DNA of 64,000 nucleotides from Candidatus Cloacimonadota bacterium. GTDB taxonomy: Bacteria; Muiribacteriota; UBA6191. The notes beneath the pieces were generated by a model. The model had not been told where the DNA came from. It did no database searches and worked only from the letters and a program-made list of their open reading frames with translations. The translations under genes and the position numbers were made by a program. Where the stretch lies: positions 236,468-300,467 of the forward strand of contig JAGSHD010000001.1 in NCBI GenBank assembly GCA_023954715.1, written 5' to 3'. Positions 48,405 through 57,437 of the stretch are shown here, in pieces. Position 1 is the first letter of the stretch. Every line of letters starts with the position of its first letter.

Positions 48405-49451
48405 CTACATCCATAGTTCTTTTCGATTGGCACTTACATAAAGTATTTTATCTCCAGAATTTAAAAGAGAAGAATGGTCTACAGATATCCCTTTTCCGCC
48501 AACCAAATGTCCTATGATAGTTAACTGCGAACAAGATTTAGAAAACTTACTTACCAAGTCTCCAAAAGTCTTTTTTTGATGAGACGCTGGCACAAAATCC
48601 ATATAAAATTGTACACCGGTACTATTAGTGATTAAATCTCTTATAATTGGATTAATACCGTTAGATGCCATACCTTGAACCACTAAACCAGCCAAGAGAG
48701 CTTCGGTCACAATAACTTCATCTGCTCCAGCTTGGTGAAAATTAGCTTCATTTGTTGGATCCATACATTCAGCAATAATATAAACATATTTCATATCTAA
48801 TGCTTTTTTTGCATTTAAAATACGCATTAAACTAACTCCATCGGACTCGGTGTTACTATGATCATCAACTAAGATAATAATTTTATGTGCTTCACCAATG
48901 TTGGCTTTTTCTAATGAGTCTAATTTGGACGGGTTTCCGTGAACGAAATGTACACCTTTTGCTTTTAGAGTTGCTGGAATCAAATCTATCATGGCAGTAA
49001 CAAAACATATACTGTGGCCCTTTAAATGAGAGTCTAATTGTAACTCCGTAATAATCTCAAGCATGGCACTTTCACCAGGATAACCTAGTATAAGGATATG
49101 ATTTTCTTCTTTCATTACTAATAAACCTCTTTCTTTTTTAGACCGCTTTGTTAGGTTTTCTTGAATTTTATCCAAAAATATAGCCAAACATGCGATTCCT
49201 AATAACATTGTAGGAATACCTACTAGAAATCTCCCATAAAACGATTGCGGATATAAGTCACCATAACCAACAGTAGTCATCGTTACAATAGACCACCATA
49301 TACAATCCCAAACACTCAAATTTTCATGACTACCATGCTCAAAATAATAAAAGCCTGCGCTAGATAATATTATCAATAAAACTAGCCAGATAAAAACCAG
49401 ATAGGATCGGTCTTTTGATTTCGATTTTATAAAGTCTAAAAATACAAACAT
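48405..49451 (-). CDS. K+ channel (2-TM pore, TVGYGD filter) with C-terminal RCK/TrkA-N domain (MthK-like)
   Basis: Selectivity filter TMTTVGYGD. The RCK Rossmann-like region begins HILILGYPGE. 13 nt upstream of the FGE-domain gene on the same strand. Confidence 0.75.
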   Translation of the reverse strand: MFVFLDFIKSKSKDRSYLVFIWLVLLIILSSAGFYYFEHGSHENLSVWDCIWWSIVTMTTVGYGDLYPQSFYGRFLVGIPTMLLGIACLAIFLDKIQENLTKRSKKERGLLVMKEENHILILGYPGESAMLEIITELQLDSHLKGHSICFVTAMIDLIPATLKAKGVHFVHGNPSKLDSLEKANIGEAHKIIILVDDHSNTESDGVSLMRILNAKKALDMKYVYIIAECMDPTNEANFHQAGADEVIVTEALLAGLVVQGMASNGINPIIRDLITNSTGVQFYMDFVPASHQKKTFGDLVSKFSKSCSQLTIIGHLVGGKGISVDHSSLLNSGDKILYVSANRKELWM

Positions 49452-49807
49452 TCGTTACTTTCCTGTTTCTTGTCAAACTATGCATACTAATCTAATAGAT
49501 GACCAAAATAGCAATACAATCGGCTGTATTTAAAGTTCTTTCACTAATAAATTAATCCAGATCTTTAAGGCTATTTTAGCGATCTATCCTAAAACTAGAA
49601 TCATCTACGTTTAGGTATCGACCATTTCAGTCATAACTTGGATTATTTTACCGTTTATGGTTATACTAGGCAACAATTCTAAGACTAAAATTATTTCAAA
49701 TTTCACTTTTGAATTTGGAGTCTATAATCAAAAGTCTATTTATAAAAAGCTCACACAACATTTAAACTTTCTCTTGAATGAGAACCTATGATTTGCTGTA
49801 CTAAAAG

Positions 49808-51025
49808 TTGGAGACTATTTTGCGTTACACAAGATTTAAAAGATATCAAATAAATAAAAAGGCTACTCGTGGAGTTGCTAAAAAGCATCCATGGATTTTT
49901 TCTGGAAACCTATCTAGTGCTGCCGAGAGTTTTCAAGACGGAGAGTATCTCAAATTATATGATGGTGAAAACAATTTACTAGCTTTTGGGATTTTATCAA
50001 AAGACGAAAAAATAGCCGTTCGACTTTTTCACTTTGGTGAAACTCTAAAAAACCGATTTTTCTTTAAAAAACTTAGAGATATCTGGAGCAAAAAAGAAAA
50101 GTTATGCGACGAAACAAATGCTATTCGATATGTAAATGGTGAATGTGATCAATTACCTGGTTTATTTGTTGATCTTTATAATGATGTTGCTGTTGTATCT
50201 TATGCCTCTCCTTCACTTTACCGTATGGCTAGGCTCATTGCTTTTTTACTTCCTCAAGTTTTACCGGAGCATCTATCTAAACATATACTTGTACGTGGTA
50301 AGCCATGTAATGGATCTAGAATTGATTTCAAGCCTGCTCGTTGGGTCAGAGGACAAGCTCAAGAAAAAGTTGAAATATTTGAAACCAAAAACAAATTTGA
50401 AGTATACCCAAACAATCCACAAAGTAGTGGCTTTTTTATGGACCTTCGAGCAGCTAGAAGAGAGCTCAGTAAACACGATTTCAATGGCATGAGAGTCTTA
50501 AATTTGTTTTCTTATACTGGTGCTTTTTCTGTTCTTTTACAAAAGCTTGGAGCTAGAGAGGTCGTTTCTGTTGAATCCAACCGAGCCGCGATTCAACTTC
50601 ATAACAATAATATAAAGCTAAATGATTTAGATCCTGCAGGGCAAGAGATAGTTTGTGCTGATGTTCATCAATATTTATCTAAACTAGATGATTCAGAAAA
50701 GTTCGATTTTATAATTTTTGATCCCACTTCTATGACTTCTAGTAAAAATCGACTCAATCAAGCCTTACAAAAGCACTCTGTGTATCACAAACTTGCTCTA
50801 AAACATCTTAACCCAGAGTCACTTTGGCTATCTTGCTGTAGATCACATCATGTACCTAAAGCAGAGTTACTTAAAGTTATTGGTCAAGCCTCAAAAGAGA
50901 TTATAGGTAAGGGTAATACTCAAATAGTTGTAGAAATCAAAGAAGATATTGATTTTTCTGTTCCGGGTAACTTCTCTGAAGGCCACTACCTTAAACAAGT
51001 ATTGTTCAGCAATTTTAAATTATAA
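49808..51025 (+). CDS. class I SAM-dependent rRNA methyltransferase (RlmI/RlmK-like, PUA-like N-domain)
   Basis: KHPWIFSGNL N-terminal motif. Methyltransferase motif I VLNLFSYTGAFSV. D-P motif IIFDPTS. Confidence 0.6.
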   Translation: METILRYTRFKRYQINKKATRGVAKKHPWIFSGNLSSAAESFQDGEYLKLYDGENNLLAFGILSKDEKIAVRLFHFGETLKNRFFFKKLRDIWSKKEKLCDETNAIRYVNGECDQLPGLFVDLYNDVAVVSYASPSLYRMARLIAFLLPQVLPEHLSKHILVRGKPCNGSRIDFKPARWVRGQAQEKVEIFETKNKFEVYPNNPQSSGFFMDLRAARRELSKHDFNGMRVLNLFSYTGAFSVLLQKLGAREVVSVESNRAAIQLHNNNIKLNDLDPAGQEIVCADVHQYLSKLDDSEKFDFIIFDPTSMTSSKNRLNQALQKHSVYHKLALKHLNPESLWLSCCRSHHVPKAELLKVIGQASKEIIGKGNTQIVVEIKEDIDFSVPGNFSEGHYLKQVLFSNFKL

Positions 51026-51030
51026 ATTTT

Positions 51031-51879
51031 ATGAACTTTTCGCTATTGGACGGTATACCTTTTACCATAGGATGTGTATTGCTATATACATCCTGTTCAA
51101 AAGCAAATTTTAGTAAACCCTTTTTTCAGCATCTATTGAGATATGGTATTACTTCAAACCACCTTGCTTCAATTGTAGTACTATTCATAGTATTCATTGA
51201 GATTATCTGCGCTCTGCTTTTGCTACTAGCTCCACACTATTTGTATAGTGTGAGCATAGCCTTATTGTTATTTAGTATTTTCACTCTTTCTTCTTTATTA
51301 AATAAGTTCAGAGGTTATACTTATACATGCTCTTGTTATGGACTTATGCTTCCTCTCAGCATTGATGAAAGTATTCGCTTCAACGTAGCTTATATGATTA
51401 CTTTAATGATATATCGTTTTAATTTGCTTGATCCTCATTTAAAATTAAATAATGATTTGATTCTATCCATTGGAGTAGTCTCGATTATTTTTGTTTATTG
51501 TACTTCAAGGTCATTAGCCCAACCCTTTTTCGATTTTTCTCCCATGAAAGTGGGACGATCTTTACCACACATATTCAAAGAGCATTTTAATCCTCCCCAA
51601 CAACCATACATCCTCGCTTTTATGAACCCTGATTGTGAAGACTGTGTCAAATGGCTAAAACCTCTTAAGGACTTTCATCAAGAAGGAGTAGAAGTCGTTG
51701 TAATAGTCTCAAAAGATCACAATAAAAATAGACTCTTTTATAAATACAAACTTCACGTGATTAAACCACTACATTATTTTTGGTTAGTGTTTGAATCTCC
51801 AAGTATTTACTACATCAAATCGTCCCTAATCAGTCAAAAATTAAAATTAGATGACTCAATCCATACACTCGAACGCTAA
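51031..51879 (+). CDS. integral membrane protein, unknown function (DoxX/MauE-like N-half + Cys-rich C-half)
   Basis: 4-5 hydrophobic helices. NPDCEDCVKW motif. 282 aa. Confidence 0.4.
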   Translation: MNFSLLDGIPFTIGCVLLYTSCSKANFSKPFFQHLLRYGITSNHLASIVVLFIVFIEIICALLLLLAPHYLYSVSIALLLFSIFTLSSLLNKFRGYTYTCSCYGLMLPLSIDESIRFNVAYMITLMIYRFNLLDPHLKLNNDLILSIGVVSIIFVYCTSRSLAQPFFDFSPMKVGRSLPHIFKEHFNPPQQPYILAFMNPDCEDCVKWLKPLKDFHQEGVEVVVIVSKDHNKNRLFYKYKLHVIKPLHYFWLVFESPSIYYIKSSLISQKLKLDDSIHTLER

Positions 51880-52059
51880 TTATAACGATTTTACTACCTT
51901 TTAAACTTGGCATGACTCTTGTTATTGATACTGCGTAGACAACGTTACTCAAAAGATTTTTATACTAGACTTAAACACTTGTTATAATTATTTGATTGTT
52001 ATGATAAAACTACTACAACATCTGTCATAGCTACTAGTTCTGTTTTCTATTGATTTAAC

Positions 52060-52114
52060 AAATCTCTGATTTTTTCAACCCCAAATTATACTTGAAGAAA
52101 TCAGAGATTTTTTT
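52060..52114 (+). terminator. long perfect hairpin (19-bp stem, 13-nt loop) followed by T-run
   Basis: Positions 52060..52078 (aaatctctgatttttcaa) pair with 52092..52110 (ttgaagaaatcagagattt); TTTT follows at 52111..52114. Confidence 0.55.
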
Positions 52115-52298
52115 GTATAGCCCCATTTGCTTATTTTAAACTAACATTTAATATCAAAATCTTTACTGTATAAATATAATTTACTTTGGAGTATAACTTT
52201 CAACAAGTAACAGACCTTACACACACTAAAAAAGTATCATTAAAAATTTGCATATTCTAAGTAAAATCGATTAACATTATTAAAAAGGGGGAAATAAT

Positions 52299-55013
52299 AT
52301 GGGGGTATTATTTTACAAGCTTAGGACTAACTCTGTCTCTAGACTTTTCGTATTTTTCACATTGATCTGTTTTTTTGTGGGGACAAAACATACATATCAA
52401 CCTGGGTGGTCAATGATCCCAGGACAAAGTATCTCAATGACTGAGTTCACTTCAGCTCATCCAGAGGTCGATCGGATTTTTGAATTTTATCAGGATCAAT
52501 GGATAGTATGGAGTAGTATAAATCATCCACAGTTTCAAAACCTACTCAGTCTTGATGACATGAGTGTCAATAAAGCATATTGGGTCCATTCATCTATATT
52601 TACACAATCTTTTATTGTAAGCCAACACACCGGTGACACTTATAAAGATGATATCCAAATTAGATATAGTCTAAATGATCTAAAAGCTTCTAATGTTCAG
52701 CTATTACTACAATACTCGCTCAATGGAGGACTCAGCTATCAGCAATCTCCTAGTATATCTGGAGACATACTTAATGTAGTTAATAATAGTAGTGGTACTC
52801 TTACATGGCATTCTGGCTCTGACATTCAAACTAATGAAGATAATGTCATTATTAAAATTCTTGCTTCTTATAACAATAAACAATATGAAGCACTTTTTTC
52901 TCCAATTCAGATTCAAAACTTTCAAGGGACAAATTTTTCTAGTGGACCAAATGTTCAATCGGTATCACCTACTCCTAATTCGAGTAATGTTAGTAGCAAG
53001 CCACTAATCACTATAGTTTTCAAAGAGGATTTAGACCAAGCATCAATATTAAACAATATTAGATTAATCCATAATGATAAGTTGGTAAATACCAGCATGA
53101 GCTATGACAATAAAACGGTAAGTCTACAAGTATTAACCGAGTTATCGTATAACTCTGACTACAGAATACAGCTTGATACAGGATTAATGGACTACCAACT
53201 TCAACCCTTAGAGCAAAGACTTATATATCACTTTAAAGTGAAAAGTTACGATGGTTTTTCAGAAATACCTATGATTCCTGCTGAACAATGGGACCAAGCA
53301 GCAGTAAGAAAAGTTTTACATACATTTAGTTTTGGTGGATTTGCCAGTGACTCTCAAATAGAAGAATGGGCTAAGATGACTCCCATACAAGCTTCCGAAG
53401 AAATCTTGAGAATGGATCCAATTAATACAAGATTATCGCCGGCCGATGACTATGATGGTTTGGATAAGAGAGCGCAAAGTCTCCAAAGTTTATCAGCTTT
53501 CCTACAAACTGAATTTGGCCCAATTAAATCCACTAATCGCTCCTACTATCAAACTACAAACTGGAATGGTCCTGAAAACCTATTTTTAATTGCAGCCACA
53601 AAAAGAGGTTTAAACCCCTTTTTCCACCGTATTGGGCTCATGGAAACAAATTATCACATGGCAGTAAACCAAAATGTCGGTGTATCAACAAAACAGCTCA
53701 TTTCATACTACGACGATGTTATGGTACAACATCAAGCGGCTCAGCCATATCAAGATGTTTTAGGACATATGGCAGCATCCCCTGCCATCGCTGTACAATA
53801 TAATCATAGACGAAATCGCTTCAATGGTACTTTTTCTGGCAATGAGGATTTTGCAAGAGAGTTTCATCAATTATTTTTTGGAATTTTAGGAAAAGAAGAT
53901 CAACAGTTTGCCACATACCCTAGCTACCCTAGCTATCAGGATGATTATCAAAAATATCACGAAAATGTGACAATTCGTAATACGGCACGAGCCTTAACAG
54001 ATATGGAGGTAGATGGAGACAACTACTCCATAAGGTATGGAGAATCAAATCATCATACCTCGAGCTTAGAAATTATCGGACAAAGTGTTAACGGTAACCA
54101 AGCTTATGAAAAGCTATTAAATCTCGCTAGGCAAGCAATTCATCATGAGGAAAGTGAAAAGAATCTCCCTCTTTTGATCATACGACATTTGGCTGATGAC
54201 AATATGGATCAAGAAACTCAAAACACTATCGTTGAGGCATGGAAAAAGATGGATGAAAAAAGCTTGATTCAATTTTTACGGAATTATGCTGTTTCTACAT
54301 TGTTTCATAATTCTAAGAGAGTCAAATATTGGACAAGTTTTGAAAGAAACATCATGATAAACAACTTATCAAATCTTAACAACCTAAGTAATTACGATCG
54401 TGGAGCCATAATATCATCTAACTTATCTAACGAAGATGTATCTGTATTTCGTCCGTCTCATGATGTCTTTGGAGGACAAACCAGTATTGAAGCTGCGTCT
54501 AGTGGAGCAATCTTTCAAGCTGCTCATGATTATAATGTCTCAAGAACATGGTCTAGTCTAAGAGTACACGGAGAATATAATAATCAAAATTGGACTCAAG
54601 ACTGGTCTAAAGTTATCCCACGTCGTGATGATGGTCGCTACTACGTTAAAGATGTAGCAGAGTGGCTCTGGAATCGGTATGTAGCTGATAATTTGAAAAA
54701 CTTTGGAGAACTAGAAAGAGCACAAGTATATGCATTTTTAGCTACTGGTGATGATTTTTCACGAGCTGTCAATATTGAAAATACTAATGTGGTTTACTCC
54801 TTAGACGAGATACGAAACAATGACCTAGTTCACCAAATATATACGGATCTATCAAACTCTACTATGAACACCCTCGGTAACCCTGCATTACCATTCAACT
54901 GCGAAAGCCGCTGTAGTTCAGATGAAGAGCAAGAGACAGACAATCGAAGAATCCAATTGGCTGTAAACTTTATTTCAATCACTCCATTTATGTTTGTACA
55001 AGAAGGTAGATAA
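52299..55013 (+). CDS. large exported protein: N-terminal Trp-rich module + SbsA-like Ig domain + C-terminal DUF1800-like region
   Basis: Signal/TM N-terminus. Module PGWSMIPGQ...IFEFYQDQWIVW...AYWVHSS. NVQSVSPTPNSSNVSSKPLITIVFKEDLDQAS resembles the SbsA Ig-like domain. Immediately upstream of, and overlapping by 1 nt, a Tat-signal DUF1501 gene (the canonical DUF1800/DUF1501 pairing). Confidence 0.5.
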   Translation: MGVLFYKLRTNSVSRLFVFFTLICFFVGTKHTYQPGWSMIPGQSISMTEFTSAHPEVDRIFEFYQDQWIVWSSINHPQFQNLLSLDDMSVNKAYWVHSSIFTQSFIVSQHTGDTYKDDIQIRYSLNDLKASNVQLLLQYSLNGGLSYQQSPSISGDILNVVNNSSGTLTWHSGSDIQTNEDNVIIKILASYNNKQYEALFSPIQIQNFQGTNFSSGPNVQSVSPTPNSSNVSSKPLITIVFKEDLDQASILNNIRLIHNDKLVNTSMSYDNKTVSLQVLTELSYNSDYRIQLDTGLMDYQLQPLEQRLIYHFKVKSYDGFSEIPMIPAEQWDQAAVRKVLHTFSFGGFASDSQIEEWAKMTPIQASEEILRMDPINTRLSPADDYDGLDKRAQSLQSLSAFLQTEFGPIKSTNRSYYQTTNWNGPENLFLIAATKRGLNPFFHRIGLMETNYHMAVNQNVGVSTKQLISYYDDVMVQHQAAQPYQDVLGHMAASPAIAVQYNHRRNRFNGTFSGNEDFAREFHQLFFGILGKEDQQFATYPSYPSYQDDYQKYHENVTIRNTARALTDMEVDGDNYSIRYGESNHHTSSLEIIGQSVNGNQAYEKLLNLARQAIHHEESEKNLPLLIIRHLADDNMDQETQNTIVEAWKKMDEKSLIQFLRNYAVSTLFHNSKRVKYWTSFERNIMINNLSNLNNLSNYDRGAIISSNLSNEDVSVFRPSHDVFGGQTSIEAASSGAIFQAAHDYNVSRTWSSLRVHGEYNNQNWTQDWSKVIPRRDDGRYYVKDVAEWLWNRYVADNLKNFGELERAQVYAFLATGDDFSRAVNIENTNVVYSLDEIRNNDLVHQIYTDLSNSTMNTLGNPALPFNCESRCSSDEEQETDNRRIQLAVNFISITPFMFVQEGR

Positions 55014-56512
55014 TGAATAGAAGAACATTTATTAAATCAACTTTGGGCTTTGGCTTGTATCATTTAAGCGGAGCAAGTAACTTTTCGCATGCTGCCTTTC
55101 CTACACAATTTAACAAAACTGTACTTCATATTATGCTTGAAGGTGGACCAGACTTCAGACATTTGATTGTTCCAGTGCCTCCTAGTACTGATCCTTCTCC
55201 AGGAAGTGAGGATAATTATGCCAGTGCTTGGTGGAAGTCTAGATCTTCTCTTATTGAGATAGAAGAAGGAAACTGGTCACAATATCGTAACTACTTTTCA
55301 CAGCATTATGATCAAATAACTGTCAGTGGTAAAACTTTTGGAATTTTAAAGGTTGCTGGATTTTTAAAAGAGCTATTGACCAGTAACCAAGCAGCCTATA
55401 TTTGTAATGTAATCGGAAGTAAAAATAGAAATCACAGTCATAGCCAACTCATCTGGGAAAGCGGTAGTTTATCTACCGGCTCACATGATGCCTCTGTAAG
55501 TGGATGGGGAGGAAGACTTGCGGTACTTAGTAACAAAAAACTTTTGTCAGTTTCAAGTCGTGTGAAGTTATTTGCAAACGGACCCCATGCTACTAACCCT
55601 CAAGACCACGAAAATAGCCATGTAATCTCTGCTTCTAACATGGAGAATATCGCCCTTGCCTATAATGCTAGTTGGTTTGAAAACGAAAACCAGTGGGGCA
55701 TATCAGATCAAGGTGCTATGTATAGAGCTGTAAAAAACTATTATGAAGCAAAAAGAGAGTCTATACCACCTAGCTCACCATATTATCAGTTTATGGTTCA
55801 TGAAAAAAACCTTAGAGAGTTTGGACAACTTGTTGACTCACATTTAACCACAGGTATTGATCCGGCTAGTGGGTATGTAACAAATAACTCTAGCTATCAA
55901 AAGCGTCGTCCAGTTTTGTTTGATAACTTACTAAAGTCTGGAGTATTACGAAATCGCGGTTTTGGAAGACAAATGTTAAATGCATATTATGGGCTAGCAT
56001 GTAATGACTTACCAAACCTAGCTAGCAATGTTATCTCAGCAAATTATGGAGGCTGGGATTCACACAAGTTTGAACATAACTCTAACTCAGGTATTATCCC
56101 CAAAATAGAAGACATATTTGGAGTAGACAAAGGCTTACATACCCTATTTAAGGCTTTAGGCGAAGATATGCCAAATGCGTTATCTCAACTTACTATTGTC
56201 ATTGGTGGAGAGTTTGGTCGCCAATTGCGATCCAACGGCGATGATGGAACAGACCACGGTAGAGGTAACGGTATGTTTGTTTTAGGGCCAGCCGTAAACG
56301 GTGGGATCTATGGAGATTTGTTTCCTGACTCTGAAATTGAGCGAATGTCTCAATTTAATCAAGATATTGAAGGTAAAACATCTGTAATCCAAGTTTGTAA
56401 AAGGATTTGTGACTGGGCTCAAGCCGATAGCGGCTCTCAAGTATTTACAGATAGCTCCAGTGATGCAAATTTACTTGAGTCTGATCAAATACTAAACTTT
56501 TTAACGACCTAA
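55013..56512 (+). CDS. DUF1501-family protein with twin-arginine (Tat) signal
   Basis: Tat motif MNRRTFIKSTLGFG. GGWDSH and DDGTDHGRGN motifs match the sulfatase-like DUF1501 family. Confidence 0.55.
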   Translation: MNRRTFIKSTLGFGLYHLSGASNFSHAAFPTQFNKTVLHIMLEGGPDFRHLIVPVPPSTDPSPGSEDNYASAWWKSRSSLIEIEEGNWSQYRNYFSQHYDQITVSGKTFGILKVAGFLKELLTSNQAAYICNVIGSKNRNHSHSQLIWESGSLSTGSHDASVSGWGGRLAVLSNKKLLSVSSRVKLFANGPHATNPQDHENSHVISASNMENIALAYNASWFENENQWGISDQGAMYRAVKNYYEAKRESIPPSSPYYQFMVHEKNLREFGQLVDSHLTTGIDPASGYVTNNSSYQKRRPVLFDNLLKSGVLRNRGFGRQMLNAYYGLACNDLPNLASNVISANYGGWDSHKFEHNSNSGIIPKIEDIFGVDKGLHTLFKALGEDMPNALSQLTIVIGGEFGRQLRSNGDDGTDHGRGNGMFVLGPAVNGGIYGDLFPDSEIERMSQFNQDIEGKTSVIQVCKRICDWAQADSGSQVFTDSSSDANLLESDQILNFLTT

Positions 56513-56545
56513 AAAAAAGCCACACTATTAATAGTGTGGCTTTCT
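56511..56545. terminator. bidirectional rho-independent terminator
   Basis: aaaaaaaaGCCACACTattaatAGTGTGGCtttct between the convergent DUF1501(+) and SDR(-) genes. Confidence 0.8.
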
Positions 56546-56558
56546 AATTTACTAAGCT

Positions 56559-57389
56559 TTATTTTCCTTTAGCCATTAGTTCACCGATCATAGCTGAAAA
56601 CATACCTGAACCGTTTAAGTTCATGCCACCATCTACTTTTAAAACTGTACCAGTTATATAGGATGCCAAAGGAGAGCATAAAAATGCTGCTGCTGCACCG
56701 ATATCATCTTTAGTACCCATTCGTCCAGCAGGGATCATTCTTTTTAGTTTTTTACCTATTTCTCCTGGTGCTAGCCTTTTCATTCCTTCAGTACCTTCAA
56801 TTGGGCCTGGTGCAATACTATTCACACGAATCCCGTAAGCACCCCACTCTAATGCTAAATTTTGCATTAAATTATCAATACCTGCTTTAGCTGCACCCAC
56901 GTGACATTGTGCATAATAAGGAATAAATGCTTGCCCAGCAGATATATATATCATTGAACCTTGAGATTCTTTTAACTGCTCAAATGCAGCTGTACTTGCA
57001 TTAAAAGTACCCATTAAATCTATATCAATCACAGTTTTAAATGCATTTTCGCTCATTTTATTTGCAGGACAAATAAAGTTGCCTGCTGCACCACAAACTA
57101 AAACATCTAAGTTACCAATGGCTTCTTTCATATTTTTCAAAAATGATGCTAGCCCATCGTAATCACGAACATCACAGGACTCAATGAATACCTCAGCCCC
57201 TAGCTCTTCTAACTCTTTTTTTGCGCCTTCTAATCTCTCTAGTGATCTACCACACAGAGCTAGTTTTGCACCTAATTTAGCAAAGACCTTTGCTACACCA
57301 AGGTTGATTCCGCTTCCACCACCTGTAATAAATACTACTTTATCTTTATATAATTCTTTTGATAATATGCTTGTAATGTCCATCGCCAT
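56559..57389 (-). CDS. SDR-family oxidoreductase, 2,4-dienoyl-CoA reductase-like
   Basis: TGGGSGINLG cofactor-binding motif. SDR catalytic region. Similarity to DECR-type reductases. 276 aa. Confidence 0.7.
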   Translation of the reverse strand: MAMDITSILSKELYKDKVVFITGGGSGINLGVAKVFAKLGAKLALCGRSLERLEGAKKELEELGAEVFIESCDVRDYDGLASFLKNMKEAIGNLDVLVCGAAGNFICPANKMSENAFKTVIDIDLMGTFNASTAAFEQLKESQGSMIYISAGQAFIPYYAQCHVGAAKAGIDNLMQNLALEWGAYGIRVNSIAPGPIEGTEGMKRLAPGEIGKKLKRMIPAGRMGTKDDIGAAAAFLCSPLASYITGTVLKVDGGMNLNGSGMFSAMIGELMAKGK

Positions 57390-57437
57390 CTCCTAAATCT
57401 AAATTCAAGTCATCCAATATTGACTGTATCGTTGAAT

